DNA of 64,000 nt. Source: Sminthopsis crassicaudata (lineage: Eukaryota). Each line of letters starts with the position of its first letter. The stretch's first letter is position 1. The notes beneath the pieces were generated by a model, which had not been told where the DNA came from, made no database searches, and saw only the letters and a list, made by a program, of their open reading frames with translations. The DNA is taken from the NCBI RefSeq assembly GCF_048593235.1, contig NC_133623.1, forward strand, positions 7,184,211 through 7,248,210. Direction: 5' to 3'. Of the stretch, positions 1-12,379 are shown in pieces. The position numbers and the translations under genes are program-made.

Positions 1-185
1 AGGACGAGGCTGGTTCTGCAGCCATTTCCCCTATGTCAGGTGAGGGCAAAAACTCCTAAGTCCTCTCCTTTCCCATTTTCAGTCACCTCTTCTCTTCCAA
101 GACCTGGGGTTTTGTTTGCAGTAGATATCAGCCTCCACATGAGGCGCAACGTGAAGAGCCTCACAGTACTGCTGATTGATTTTAG
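1..185 (+). CDS. Possible pair of short coding exons (1-39 and 122-185) of an unidentified gene
   Basis: Donor CAG|gtgagg at 39/40 and acceptor tttgtttgcag| at 121 give an 82-nt intron. The joined frame reads DEAGSAAISPMSVDISLHMRRNVKSLTVLLIDFR. The downstream donor (gtcaaa) is weak, and an open exon-like reading also exists on the minus strand. Confidence 0.2.
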
Positions 186-552
186 GTCAAAGTAGTAGTG
201 CTAAGAAGGGAGGAGGACAAGGGAGACCAGAGGGCCACTGCCCTGTGCCATGTTACAGCAGAATATCATGCCCAGCCTCCAGAGGAAAGATGGCAAGATG
301 GGGAAGAGCCTGGACATTAGCCTATAGAAGATGGGAATGTTCACGTGTAATGGGAGAGAACTTGGGAAGGAGGGTGCTTGAGAGCACTGCCTTCAAGCCC
401 CTGGAGGTTGTCATGGGCCGAGGGCTTAATTAACCTTGTTCTTGGCCTCAGAGGGCAGAATGAGGAGCTATAGGGGGAAGGTGGGAGTTGAAAAAAGGCA
501 ATGTGGGCTTGGTATCAGGAAGTGAGGAGAGCTATCTCAAAGTAGAAAGGGA

Positions 553-712
553 ATCATGGGATGGTAGATCTAGAACTAGAAAGGAACTTGGAAACCATCT
601 GGCTTCACCTCTTCATTTCATAGATGAGGAAATTGAGGCAAGCTGGGTTAAGGGATTTGCTCAGGATCACATTACTAGGGAGTGTATGAGGATGGGTTTG
701 AACTCAGACTTT
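553..712 (-). mobile_element. MIR3/Ther-type SINE remnant
   Basis: Recognised CORE-SINE motif 'catttcatagatgaggaaattgaggc...aagggatttgctcaggatcac...tttgaactcag'. Confidence 0.75.
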
Positions 713-882
713 CCTTACTCTCCATAGATCTCTCCCCATACCCACTCTCCACTGCACCTTAATGGAGGTTTTCAAACAGAAGTGGGATGATCAATTGTTG
801 ACCTTGATCCGAGGCCTCTTATTCAGGCCCAGAAGATTATCCTAACCCAGACTGATTCTTTCCTTGCTTCTCTTCTCTGCAG

Positions 883-918
883 GCCCCATCCCTCGCCCCA
901 GCCCACATTCCTCAGGAA
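883..918 (+). CDS. Candidate 36-nt internal exon (APSLAPAHIPQE)
   Basis: Strong pyrimidine tract ttccttgcttctcttctctgcag| and donor GAA|gtaata. Only phase 0 is compatible with the candidate exon at 1433. Confidence 0.2.
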
Positions 919-1432
919 GTAATAGGCATTCCCCTTCCCTGACTGCCTTCTCGCTCTCTTCATTTCGGTCACTCGGTGTTTTCTGATTCATTTTTTGGAA
1001 GCATTTTAACAAGACAAACAGGGAACAGAATGAAGCGTCTGTGGGGATCAGATCCCATCAGAGCCCAGCTGCCCATGTACCCCGTCCCTTACCATCCACC
1101 TGGGATGGCCTTCCTTCTCCTCTGTACCAAGGCTGCAAGGACCAGGCAGAGATCAGAGTCTGCTTTTCCATTTCCATGGGGGATATTTGTAGGGGGCAGA
1201 AGCTGGCTGCCCATGTGGGCAAGAAAGATAAATGAAAAATGCCCAGAAGGCTCCCTGCTCCCCGCTTCCAAGAAGATGAAATGGAAGACCTGGGGTTTTT
1301 CCCACCAACAATTCATAAGTCAGCGCAGCAGGTGTGGTATCAGTTTGCTAGTTTCGAATTTTCCTTGCTATTGTGTTCAGATGACAAGCTATCTGTGATT
1401 TAGGAAAGTAGGTAGTTGCTGTTTTCCTCCAG

Positions 1433-1522
1433 ATAAATGAGTCCCAGTTGTTCCTGGTGCCTGCTCTGGGCACCCTAGCCTGGCAGTACATTATCAGAGA
1501 TATGTGTGGCACCAGGGGAGAG
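1433..1522 (+). CDS. Candidate 90-nt internal exon (INESQLFLVPALGTLAWQYIIRDMCGTRGE)
   Basis: Acceptor gttttcctccag|, donor GAG|gtatgc. Only one frame is open (phase 0-0). Protein not recognised. Confidence 0.3.
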
Positions 1523-1709
1523 GTATGCACACGTGTGCATATGTTGGGGGGGAAGGTGGCTTTCTGCTAGGACTCTGGGCTCTGTGGGAAGGCAGCAAAG
1601 CCTAGGGAGCCCTTGTAGTGGTCACAGCTGTGTCTCCACAAAAGAGAGAATGCAGAAGGGCTCTCCTGCACAAAGAAGCTGTAATAGCAGTATGGAAGTC
1701 AAAAAACCC

Positions 1710-2015
1710 TATGTGTTTGCTAGCTATGTGGACCTAGGCAAGTCATTGGGCCTCAGTTTCCTCATCTGTAAAATAAAGGAATCAGGTTGAGTGGCTTCAT
1801 GAAATCCCTTCCTGCTTTCACTCTCTGATTCTATGATGCCCCAAGAAGCAGCCTGATGTAGAGGGTAGAGTGCTGGGCTGGAGTCAGGAAGGATTGGCTT
1901 TGAAGTCTGCCTCTGACACTCCAGAGCACTGTGACCCTGGACAAGTCACCTCAATGATTTTCAGTGAGGAGCACACTGAAAGTATTTACCTCATTGGGTC
2001 ACTATGATGATCTAA
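1710..2015 (+). mobile_element. Two adjacent MIR-family SINE remnants
   Basis: 'ggcaagtcattgggcctcagtttcctcatctgtaaaat' and 'gagtgctgggctggagtcaggaag...gtgaccctggacaagtcac'. Confidence 0.7.
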
Positions 2016-2559
2016 TGGGAAAGAGAGGTACAGCACCCTGAGTAGCTCAGGGGCATGGGATTTACACCCCAACCCCAGGAGTAGGGAGAGGAGTCAGCCT
2101 TTCAAGTGCCTCTTTTTAGGGGGATCAGACCTTTTTCTGCTCAAATGTTACAGTGACCAGGAAACATTTGGTGTGGACTCACATTGTTCCCTGGGCCAGA
2201 GTTTCAAGAAATGCAGAAAGCATTTAAGGGCCTATTAGATGCCACACGCTGGACCAGGTGCTTTCAAGGATCTTACATGCAACTGGGGACTGCAACACGT
2301 GTGCAGAAAAGCAAGATTCAGAGCAGGGAACAAATATTCATGGAGGTTGCAGATTGGATCCAGTTGGGCCCAGCTTCCTGTTGTCAATCATTGCTGCCTC
2401 AGGGAGGACCCACATTCATGACAAACTGGGCAGTATGGTTACATACCCATTGATGGGTGTGTTTTCTTTTATTGTTATTGGCTTTTGCTTCCCTTTTTCT
2501 AAGTGATTCTTCCTTTCAATGCATTTGCATTCCCAATCCATTGTTCTCTCTTTTAGTTT

Positions 2560-3460
2560 ATTTTATTTTTGTTTGGTGAGGCTTCCCATTACAGATTCAA
2601 AATTTTTTTCTCATTATTTTTGCTGTGCAGGATGTAAATTCTTCTTTCTCTTTTAAACCACTCAAGAATTGCATATTGTGGTTCTATGTTCTCCTCAAAT
2701 TTCCCAGGATCCTCCATCTTACCAAGTTTGGAATAATTTTCCTTTGATTTGCTGGACTTATTCATAGATGCCTGAATTTGTTTACTAGATCTGGAGGTCA
2801 CATTTCCTTCTGTGACTTGTTTTCCCGTTGATTTATCTTTTTATCTTTAAGGTCTTTGATCTGTCTTCTTCCTGAAACCTTCAGAAAGTGCTCTCAGCAT
2901 CCCCGCTCCTTATTTTCTTTATCACTCACTCCATGAATCCCTCCCCTATGACTGTGGTTTCCTTGGGAGCTGGTTGTCAAAGCATCCTGGAGGTGGGATG
3001 CTTTGACATCCAGCCCCCAACTGAATCTTGGGTGCTCAGAAATGTCTACAGCTTGATACCGGGCTCTTTCCCTCAGATTCAGAGGAGTGCTGTATAGAAG
3101 ATCCTGTTCTGGCAACCTGTCCTCCTCTCACTGCTCCTTAGTTTCTATTCTGGCCGTAGCAGTTCAGAGCTTTGCAGGAGCAGTACCCCAGGAAGCTTTT
3201 GTGCCTGAAAGTTTGTGGTCAAGCTGGCCATGGAGGCCTGGGCAAACTTCTGTGCCCTGGATCAAAATCTGTACATCACTGGAAATAGGGAGAAGGCATC
3301 AGGGTACTGTGCTGTGTCTTTGGGCTTGCTCTTGTAGCCTCATTGGCAATAGTACAGGGGATAGAAGAGGAATGCTGAGTGAGCTCAGGGTCGGTGAACG
3401 TTGGTTCCTGCTTTACTTTTCTTCCAGACCTCCTTTTAGAGTCTTGGGTGTCCTAGACTA
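2560..3460 (-). mobile_element. Old L1/HAL1 ORF1-region remnant
   Basis: T-rich plus strand. Minus-strand ORF 2589-2801 is K/E/S-rich and resembles an L1 ORF1p N-terminus. Boundaries approximate. Confidence 0.4.
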
Positions 3461-3720
3461 TGGAAATAGCTGAAGTTGCTTTATCTCTGTGTCATAATTT
3501 CTCTTTTGGAGGGGTCTGAGAAGTCTTGGGGGTCAGAGATAATGGCTAGTCTGCCACCTTATTACTCACATGACCCAGAAGTCCTTAATTACATAGAAAT
3601 CTGCTTCAGGGTGTCCTCAAGTGTTATATGCCTTGAATTATTGCTTGATACTTCTAGGCAATGGTTTCCAGACTAGGGATTAGGTCTGGGCAGGGAAGGG
3701 GTGCGTCGTTTTACCCCCAG

Positions 3721-3771
3721 GGAGCCATGGTCTAACTTCAAAGGATATGCAAGCAGCCAGTGGCCAGGATG
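3721..3771 (+). CDS. Candidate 51-nt internal exon
   Basis: Acceptor gttttacccccag| and consensus donor ATG|gtgagt. Open as EPWSNFKGYASSQWPG (phase 2) or SHGLTSKDMQAASGQD (phase 1). Confidence 0.25.
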
Positions 3772-4412
3772 GTGAGTGGCATTTGACCCTCCCAGGAATA
3801 GTTTTAGGGCTTGAAATCCCAGCCAGAGTTTCCCTGGTCATCCAGCCTCTGGCCTCATCTGTACCCATTTCCAATCTTCTTACTTCTGGACCAGGTCATT
3901 GCCTCCCAAGGCAGTTGTAACCCAGTTATAACTGTGTACCATTTTAAAACAACTGTATGCCCTCAAAATGTGGGCATTCCTTGGGAGATTACCTGGGGAA
4001 AGCAAGATTTTTGTGTGGCCTGGCCTCCCTTGAGATTCAACTCAGTTTCCTAGTTCTGCAGTCATTCCTGCTCAGAATCACCATGAATCCGGTGTCTATC
4101 CTGAGAGAAGAGGACTTGGGGGAGGATGTGGGGAGAGGATGATGGAAGACTTCTGGAAACGGGCAAGGATTGGACCACGCTGCCAAAATAGAGGCTGGGA
4201 CAGCATTAGGGTATGGAGGAAATAATAATTCCTTAATTTTCAAAGCATTTCCATATTCCTTCTCTCATTTGGTGCACAAAATAGACCTATGATACCTTTC
4301 CACAAGATCTCCCAGATCCCATTTCACAAATGAAAAATTGGGACTTGTCTAGGTAAATTGACTTACTCAAAACTTCACAGTGACTGCTACTAAGTGGCAG
4401 GGTGACAATTTC

Positions 4413-5077
4413 TTTTTTTATATATTTTATTTTAAAAAATTTTAATAGTTTTTATTTACCAGATATATGCATGGGTAATTTTACAACATTGACAATTACC
4501 AAACCTTTTGTTCTATTTTTTCTCCTCCTCCCCCCCCCCTAGATGGCAGGTTGACCAATACATGTTAAATATGTTAGAGTATAAATTAAATACAATATAT
4601 GTATACATGTCCAAACAGTTGTTTTACTATACAAAAAGAATAAGACTTTGAAATAGTGTACAATTAGCCTGTGAAGGAAATCCAAAATGCAGGCGGACAA
4701 AATTAGAGGGATTGGGAATTCTATGTAGAGGTTCATAGTCATCTCCCAGAGTTCTTTCGCTGGGTGTCGCTGGTTCAGTTCCTTACTGCTCTATTGGGGC
4801 TGATTAGGTTCATCTCATTGCTGAAAATGGCCACATCCATCAGAATTGATCCTCATACAGTATTGTTTTGAAGTATATAATGATCTCCTGGTCCTGCTCA
4901 TTTCCCTCAACATCAGTTCCTGTCAGTCTCTCCAGGCCTTTCTGAAATCATCCTGCTGGTCATTTCTTACAGAACAATAATATTACATTATATTCATATA
5001 CCACAATTTTTCAGCCAATCTCCAATGGATGGGCATCCACGTAGTTTCCAGTTTCTGGCCGCCACAAACATTCTTCA
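4413..5077 (-). mobile_element. 5'-truncated marsupial L1 (ORF2 end plus 3'UTR) inserted in a MIR
   Basis: Poly-T at the left end. 10-bp TSD tgacaatttc at 4403-4412 and 5078-5087. The MIR sequence continues across the insertion. Confidence 0.9.
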
Positions 5078-5767
5078 TGACAATTTCAACTCAGATCTAC
5101 TGATCACAAGCCAGTGATACTTCCACCACCTCAGCATTCATTGAACTTTCCTGTTTTTCCACTTTTTTCAAGTTTGGATAAGTTCAGGTCTCAAGTATTA
5201 TGGTAATGATTCTGACTACCTGTCTGAGAACTATGTGACTTGTCTCCTTTGGTACAAGGAAAATTTAATAATGATGGGGTGTGTGTGGTGGGGGGCACAC
5301 AGGAAGAGACTCAAAACTTGGAAATGGGTTCCTTGGAGGAAAAACAAAGAAAAGCAAATAAAAGTTGGTCATCATTCAGCAGTAGACTGAATTTTAATGA
5401 AATAAATATTCATTAAGTTCTCTGCTCATTTGCTGACAGCGGGGCGCAGGTGGAGGGAACAGAGACGCCACCAATAAATGAGATGTAGGGTGAGCATCAG
5501 GTTCTGTTCAAGACGGAGCCAAATTAGTGGCAGCTACAAGGGGCTCTCTGAGCATGGATTCTGGTGCTGGAGATCAGTTTGATAAAACCAATGCCCTGAT
5601 AACATTCATTTAGACAAACACATCTCCTGAAGAGACAAAATTACTCAGGATGCTTTGGGAAAAGACAGAGTCATTGCTGCATAATCATAAATTAAGAAGT
5701 AAATTTCTAAATATATTTTAATTCCTCCATCTATTTCCTATGCACATATGCATGCATGTGTGCAAGC

Positions 5768-5808
5768 ACACACATACAAACACACACACAAACACACACA
5801 CACACACA
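5768..5808. repeat. Imperfect (AC)n microsatellite
   Basis: cacacatacaaacacacacacaaacacacacacacacacac. Confidence 0.9.
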
Positions 5809-6174
5809 CGCCTTTATTTACCTAAATAAAACACCAGATATAAAGTAGCCCTGCTATAAGAATCAGTGCTTTAAATGTTCTCTTCTCTATATTATCTTTA
5901 CTGTTGTTTTTTATTCATATGCTTAGTCAATTTGGAGATGTCTTATAGACTTGCTGCTGGACTTGGAATCAGTCCTCACAATGGTATAATTTTTCTCCCA
6001 GTTGGCTCAAAGATGATCATGTAACTCCTTTTGACTGTTCCCAGTGATCATTTCAATTTTTCCTTTGAAGCTGGGAAGGCGTGTGATTATCCCCATGCAT
6101 CTGCTATGATATAGCTTTGAAACTGGCTTGTAGTTTGTGAATATGCACTCAAGACACTCACTGAAAACTCCTAG

Positions 6175-6247
6175 GCCCGGGCTGCCACAGGAGGCCTGGC
6201 TGAGGACTTTTACCCGAAGCAGATCACATACTCCAATGCATTTGGAA
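6175..6247 (+). CDS. Candidate 73-nt internal exon
   Basis: ctcctag| ... GGAA|gtaaga. GC-rich with CpGs. Open as ARAATGGLAEDFYPKQITYSNAFG or PGLPQEAWLRTFTRSRSHTPMHLE. Confidence 0.25.
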
Positions 6248-8189
6248 GTAAGAATCGTTAGTAGCAGTACTTTGGACTTAGTAACCTTTTAAGGTCCTAC
6301 TTGCCTTATCCAGTCAGCTGTAACAACTGCCTTTGACTCCAGTAAAACCAGAGATACTTCCATTTATCTTTTTCATGGAGTAGGGAAAAGCTCTGGCTGA
6401 AAGAGGGCTGGCAATACAAATTGGCTTTCTTATTTCTTTTCTCTTGAATCCTAAAGATATGATTGCTTACCCATTGGATCTATGAGAGTATGCTCGGTGA
6501 ACGGCCAAAAGATGCCAGGCTTTCAGTGAAATGTCTTGGGTGGCTTGTAGTTTGGAATTTGTACCTGTTCACACGTTCATGTAGCATCTTACAGGCATCC
6601 ATTCCTTTACCTAGCCAGGAGGTATTCGACACATAGTCCATCTCCAGAGTCTGACCCAAACCAAACACAAATTTAATTGGGAACCATTTAACAAAAGAAA
6701 TAAAAATACAGTAGAACAAAGACAATATTACATTTAAAAAATTGAATCAAGATGCTGCCTTCAGAGATTCATGTGTATAGTTTTGTGGGCCCTGTTTCTA
6801 TTTGATTTTGATACCACTGCTGTAGGGCACAGCTGCCTGCCTTGGAGAATTCTAATTGCAGTGGGCCCTTTTGTGGTTGTGGGCCATTTAAGATGTTCTC
6901 TCTCAACTGGAACTGAACAGTTGTTATTTGGAATTTAAAGGCATTGAAGAAATATTTTTAACTCCAAAGATGGAGGAGGAAAAACATCCTTTAATGTGCT
7001 CACTAAAAGACATCAGAGGTTTAATATTTTGTGACTCATAAATTGGATAAGTGACAATAATTGACCTCCCAAGTTGCCATGATAGGATATTTAGTGTCTT
7101 GAATTAATCTAATTCATCTTAATTAATCTAACATGTTAGGTGTAAACTGGATTTTCACAAAGCACTCTAACCAATTCTCTCATGTTAATTCTTGTGGACA
7201 ACATGGAATGATGGGCTTCGAGAGAATACATAGTCTGGAGGTTTACAAATGTACCTGGATGATTAGTTGGGCCCAAAGAATAAGCATAATGATTAAGGTG
7301 ATTGATTGATGTCTGTCAGCCTAGAAGTAGGTCTCTACTAGAGTATCTGGGTGCCCGAGAATCTTGGACTTGCCCACTAAGAATAAAAAAAAATTACACA
7401 CCCACTGAGTGACTTTATTAGAGCATAGGCAGCTATTATGTAGTCTACATCAAGCCAGAAAAGATGCCAACATGGATGACCCAAGAGTCTACTTCCAAAA
7501 TTACAAATGGGGCTTTTAGAAGATGGGACCAAAAGTTATTAGATGGGATAGAGACACATGCAAAGGCTTTTTAATTACATTTCACATAAGTTCAAAATGG
7601 GGTGGGGACGAGCTAGCCAGTACTGACAAAAGATTCCCATTGCGCTTTTTTAGTGGTCTTCAATGCTGTGACATATATGGCAGCCCCAAAAGTTAACAGG
7701 GTTTTTGCAGACTTAAATATTGTGGAGGATTGGGGATATAATGTTTCACACTGTTCTGGAGAGACAGTCCCCCCCCCAAACTTGGAATCATTCTAAGAAT
7801 GCTTGAAAATCACACAAAATCACATCCATCTTAGTATATAAATCACTTCAGTCCAAAGAAAAATGTTCTCTGGCCCTTACTTTCCTTTTCTGTAAAAATG
7901 GGGCTTTTTGAACACTGGATGCAAAGAAACCATCCCCTTCTAAGAATCTCTTTTCTATTTTGAACACTTAATGTGCAACTGCATTCGATCATATCTATTT
8001 ACCTTATGGAAACCTGTCAATAGGTGATCACCTCCTCTGTCAGGCATAGGACACAAGACTACAGATGGAACAAACCCCTGCCTTCAAGAAGCTTAGAGTG
8101 TTTTGGGGGTGGGGGCGATGGACAGAATTTGACCCTTATTGATCAAATTCATGCCACTTGAGGCATTTGATGGCATTATTTTTTTCTGC

Positions 8190-8870
8190 AGTCAGTTCTG
8201 GATAATTTCAGCTTCCTTCTGAAGTATGACATGAATTTAAATTACTCATCAAACGTTCAGATGATGCTAAGCTAAGGGGAGAGCACAATTGGGCAACTGA
8301 ATCTGGATTTTGACAGCCTTCTGAAGTTAAGATGAAATCTAAAATGATTAAATTCTATTAAATTCTGCAGTGTAGCTACCTGCAAAAATAACTTTATATG
8401 GAAAAAGAGATTCAACATTTTTCTGAATTGTCATTGGGAATATGATCATCAAACAATTTTAGGCTATATTAGAAACCCCAAAGAACTTCTAGGAATACTT
8501 CTCCAATCATCAGATGACTTCTTGGACTATGACTTTCAATTCAGTTTTGAGGTTAGGAAAGGAAACTAGTGAGAGATCAGGCTTTGATCAAGCTAATCCA
8601 TATGAAGAGACTCCAGGGATGATCTGGAGAAGAATAGAGTTAGACTTCGGGAGTGACATGATTTCTGTCCTAAAAAGTATTAGGTTAGGATAGAAAAGGA
8701 TCCACTCTTTTTTATTTTTGATAATTACATCCCTGCCCTCCTTCCCTAAGGGCAAAACTAGAACACATTGATGAGTTAGAGGAACAGATTTTTACCCTAA
8801 GAGCTGGCAGTTGTCCTTCTGAGGTAGATTATGTCTGCCTTGAAGTAGAGTGGGAGAGTGAGCAAGTTTG
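8190..8870 (+). mobile_element. CR1/L3 LINE remnants
   Basis: 'cagatgatgctaagctaagggga...tttgacagccttctgaag...gatgaaatc' resembles the L3 RT 3' region. A similar fragment lies at about 7130-7340. Confidence 0.6.
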
Positions 8871-9768
8871 AGCTAAACAACTTTTGGGAGGTATCGTAGA
8901 AAGATCAATTGGACATTACCTTGGAAACATATCTGATAATGGTCAATCAGCATTAATTTTGGGACTCTCCTTGTATCTCCTTAGGGAGAGTTTCAATATA
9001 TACTTATGAGTGAAGAGTGATTAAAGATGGATTGGTCAGATCAAAGTACTGTGGAGTCAACTATTGTGGGAGGAATCTTGGTTGTCTACTAGCCTGTGAA
9101 AGAGACCTTCTATTCTAAATTTGTCCTCCTCCTTGTTTGTAGATCAGAATAGGGAGGGGGCAAACATACATGGATCCTGGAGCAAAGGGTAAGGCTTCCC
9201 AGGAGCTGCTATAAGAATTGCCTATGAATAGAAGCACAGAAGGTTTTTTTCCCAAACCTTGGGCTGCAAGAGAGGATGAACATATGGCCAATTAATGAGA
9301 ATTCTGTAATCCTAGCTTCTGTGATATAAGATGGAGATTTATGGGAAGGGCTAGCTCAGAAATTCAGCCATCTATCAGAAGTGGGCTTTAAGTAGGGCTA
9401 GTCATAGGTCCCCTTGTTAGCAAACACAGGGCTCTCTAAGCTGTAGAATCAATAGGGGAGTCAGAAGAAAAAGACCTGAATTTTGCTCTCTGTATGCTAT
9501 TCAGGCAGTGCAATGGAAAGAGGCCAGGATCCTCAAGTTTATTTTCCTAAGTACAGTGGAACATTTATAGGCATCTCTAGGGAAAAGGGGGACTCACCAA
9601 AAGTTCATCAAATGATTCTGATCTTCTGTAAATTGTCTGTTTCCTCCACTTTCCATGGAGGGATTGGATAAAAATTGTCTCATTACATAGACTTTGCTTT
9701 GAATGTTTGTATGGCACTGACACTTGTGCAGATCTAACCGTGAACCATATCTGCCCCAAACTCTAAGG

Positions 9769-9952
9769 CAGTGGTCCTCAAACTTTTTAAATAGGGGGCC
9801 AGTTCACTGTCTGTTGGAGGGCCGGACTATAGTAAAAACAAAAGCTCACACTCTGTCTCCGCCCCTCAGCCCATTTGCCATAACCCGATGGGCCACATAA
9901 ATGTCCTCAGTGGGCGGCATTTGGCCCACGGGCCGTAGTTTGAGAACCCCTG
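9769..9952 (+). mobile_element. OC1/OposCharlie1-type non-autonomous hAT MITE (184 bp)
   Basis: 16-bp terminal inverted repeats CAGTGGTCCTCAAACT and AGTTTGAGAACCCCTG (14/16 complementary). Exact 8-bp TSD CTCTAAGG at 9761-9768 and 9953-9960. Internal 'TTTTTAAATAGGGGGCCAGTTCACTGTC...GTTGGAGGGCCGGACTATAGT' matches my memory of OC1. Confidence 0.9.
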
Positions 9953-10929
9953 CTCTAAGGTTTCCCAGAGGCTGCTCTTAGTATAGTCAATGCAAGTCGG
10001 AGTCACAATTACAGGTGACTGACACCGAGATTAAATCTAGTTTATGTAAACCTTGAGTTTAAGGCCATAGACTATAACAGGTACATCAGATGGTGTTTAG
10101 CTTTCTTCCACTTCTTAAGAATAAATTGTATGGAGTGATTACTTTCTCCCAAAGTCTCCATGATTTCTACCCCAGGAACCAGACCTTGTCTGTTGATGAG
10201 TTTCAGATTGTGAATTGGATTTCCATTCTCCCCACCCAAGATTTATCTAAATCCATGTGGTGGGTTAATTTCTCAGTTATTTACAATTATAAATGAGAAT
10301 CATTATTATATGGAAATGACACTGGGTTACTTATTTTGGTCCTAGTGGAGAGCAGATTTTGATGGGTCCTGCCAAGCACAGTGATGGAGTGTATTTTTTT
10401 TTTATCCTAGGACCATGTGCCATGTTTGGAACAAAGTCATCACTGAGTTAGTCACAGGGTGATGCATTTTTGGCTATTGCAACTCCTGAGGGCTGTCAGC
10501 AGAGCTGTGGCGGTTGAAGGGACATCCACAGCTAATAAAATACAGATTGTTGACATATTGAAGTATAATTCAAAGAATTAAATTTGTCAGATCATAGCCA
10601 AACTGAGCTTGTAACATAATAAGATTCCAATCCATGACTCACTTTCCTGCTTCTGCTTTTATTCTCTTCATAGCTGATTATTTGCTTCTCTGGATCTCAA
10701 GGGATATTGATGACTACATTGTCTACCCATAATGCATCTTACTTGGATTATCCCAGAGAAAATTGGCACTTTATTTTCTATGCATTTAGATTTTCCTCTC
10801 ATGTAACTGGAACAATAGCTTGGGTTGAGATTTCTAGTTCTCATGCTCGTGAAATGAAAAAAGGAGTTTATTAGGGAACTAAGGAATGTACTATCAATAG
10901 CTAATTGAAAGTGCAGCTGCTGTCAAAAT

Positions 10930-11173
10930 GTGTAGAGCAGTGGGCCTGGAGTCGGGAAGCCCTGAGTTCAAATCTAACCTCAGATACTTATTACCTTTGT
11001 GACTCTGGGCAAGTCATTTAATCTCTGTTTGCCTCAGTTTCCTCCAATGCAATGGGGATCACAGTAACAACTCTCTCCCTGGGTAGTCATGAGAATCAAA
11101 TGAAATAATATTCATAAAGCACTTAGCACAGTATTGGACACAGAGGTGCTTAATAAATGCTTATTCCCTCCCT
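10930..11173 (+). mobile_element. Near full-length MIR SINE
   Basis: tRNA-like head 'ggcctggagtcgggaagccctgagttcaaatc', core, and tail 'gcacttagcacagt...taataaatgcttattccctccc'. Confidence 0.85.
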
Positions 11174-11300
11174 TGTAATTGTATGTATCTGGTCCTTTTT
11201 CCTCCTACTAAAGACTTTGGGTTGGGTGAAACAGTTGTATTTTTGATGTTGTTTGAGTGATCTAGATCCTGGTGGTCTAGATTAGTGGCTATAAGAGAAT

Positions 11301-12112
11301 TGTTAAGAATCACCTTTAAATTGGCCACAGGTTCTAGGAGTAAAAGAATTCACTCGTTCCCGAATTATTAGTTGCAAAGTAAAAGTTTATTGTTGGATAG
11401 AAATCAGTTTACCAAGAGACTGACTTCTACAGTGGCAGATCTATTGGAAAATGAAGTTTTGCTCTGAGAGAATGAAGTTCTCAGTGGACAGAAGGGTCCT
11501 TATAGCTCAGTGAACTATCTAGGTCCATCTGCAAAAGACCTTCAATGAAGGAAGCTGTTATGTTGGGTCTTAGTGGGGGCTGAGACAGCCCGGATCTCCT
11601 ATTGGAATTAACAACACTTCAAAGGGGCGCTTTTTGACCAGGATTTCTAATTGAATCAAAGGCCCTGGCATCCTGGGAAGATAACTTATTTAGGGGGATA
11701 TGATTTCCCCAGAAAGAGCTGAGAATCTGAAAGAGATCACAGATCAATAGGAAATAGTTTCTTTTTTTTTTAAATTTTATTTTTTTATTCATTTTTGCAA
11801 ATTATCCCCTCCCTCCCTCCACTCCCTCCCCTCCATGGCAGGTAATCCCATACATTTTACATGTGTTACAATATAACCTAGATACAATATGTGTGTGTAA
11901 ATACCATTTTCTTGTTGCACATTGATTATTAGCTTCTGAAGGTATAAGTAACCTGGGTAGAAAGACAGTAGTGCTAACAATTTACATTCACTTCCCAGTG
12001 TTCCTTCTCTGGGTGTCGTTGTTTCTGTCCATCATTGATCAACTGGAAGTGAGTTGGATCTTCTTTATGTTGAAGATTTCCACTTAGGAAATAGTTTCTT
12101 AAAGAGACCACA
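11301..12112 (-). mobile_element. Probable solo LTR interrupted by an L1 insertion
   Basis: TG...CA ends. 'gtaaaagtttattg' gives AATAAA on the minus strand. I found no flanking TSD, so boundaries are tentative. Confidence 0.45.
11764..12084 (-). mobile_element. Young L1 3'-end (about 320 bp)
   Basis: Poly-T tail. 16-bp TSD taggaaatagtttctt at 11748-11763 and 12085-12100. Highly similar to the L1 at 29259. Confidence 0.92.
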
Positions 12113-12379
12113 ACCTGCTTCATTTTGACTCCACTAAGGCTCTCCAAAAATAGAAGCTGGATGCAGGGAAATTTAATTAACAGCCACCATTTGCATTTCT
12201 CTCATCTACAAAAGTGGTCTCCAAACTTTGGCGATCATGTACCCTATCAGTAAAACATTTTATAACCCCCCATGTTCATATTTACTTATTTATATATTAT
12301 ATACATTCAGTCAATAAACATTTATTAAGTATTTGCTATGTGCTAAGCAATGGCAATATAAATATGGAAAGAAGCTCCC

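Noticed and set aside
87-200. Minus-strand exon reading HYYFDLKSISSTVRLFTLRLMWRLISTANKTPGLGREE
   Set aside because: It conflicts with the plus-strand candidates on the same bases, and the next intron would be only 56 nt. The L1 orientation bias favours the plus strand.
5445-5490. CpG-containing exon-like segment with donor gtgagc
   Set aside because: All three frames hit a stop before the strong donor, so it is at most a non-coding exon.
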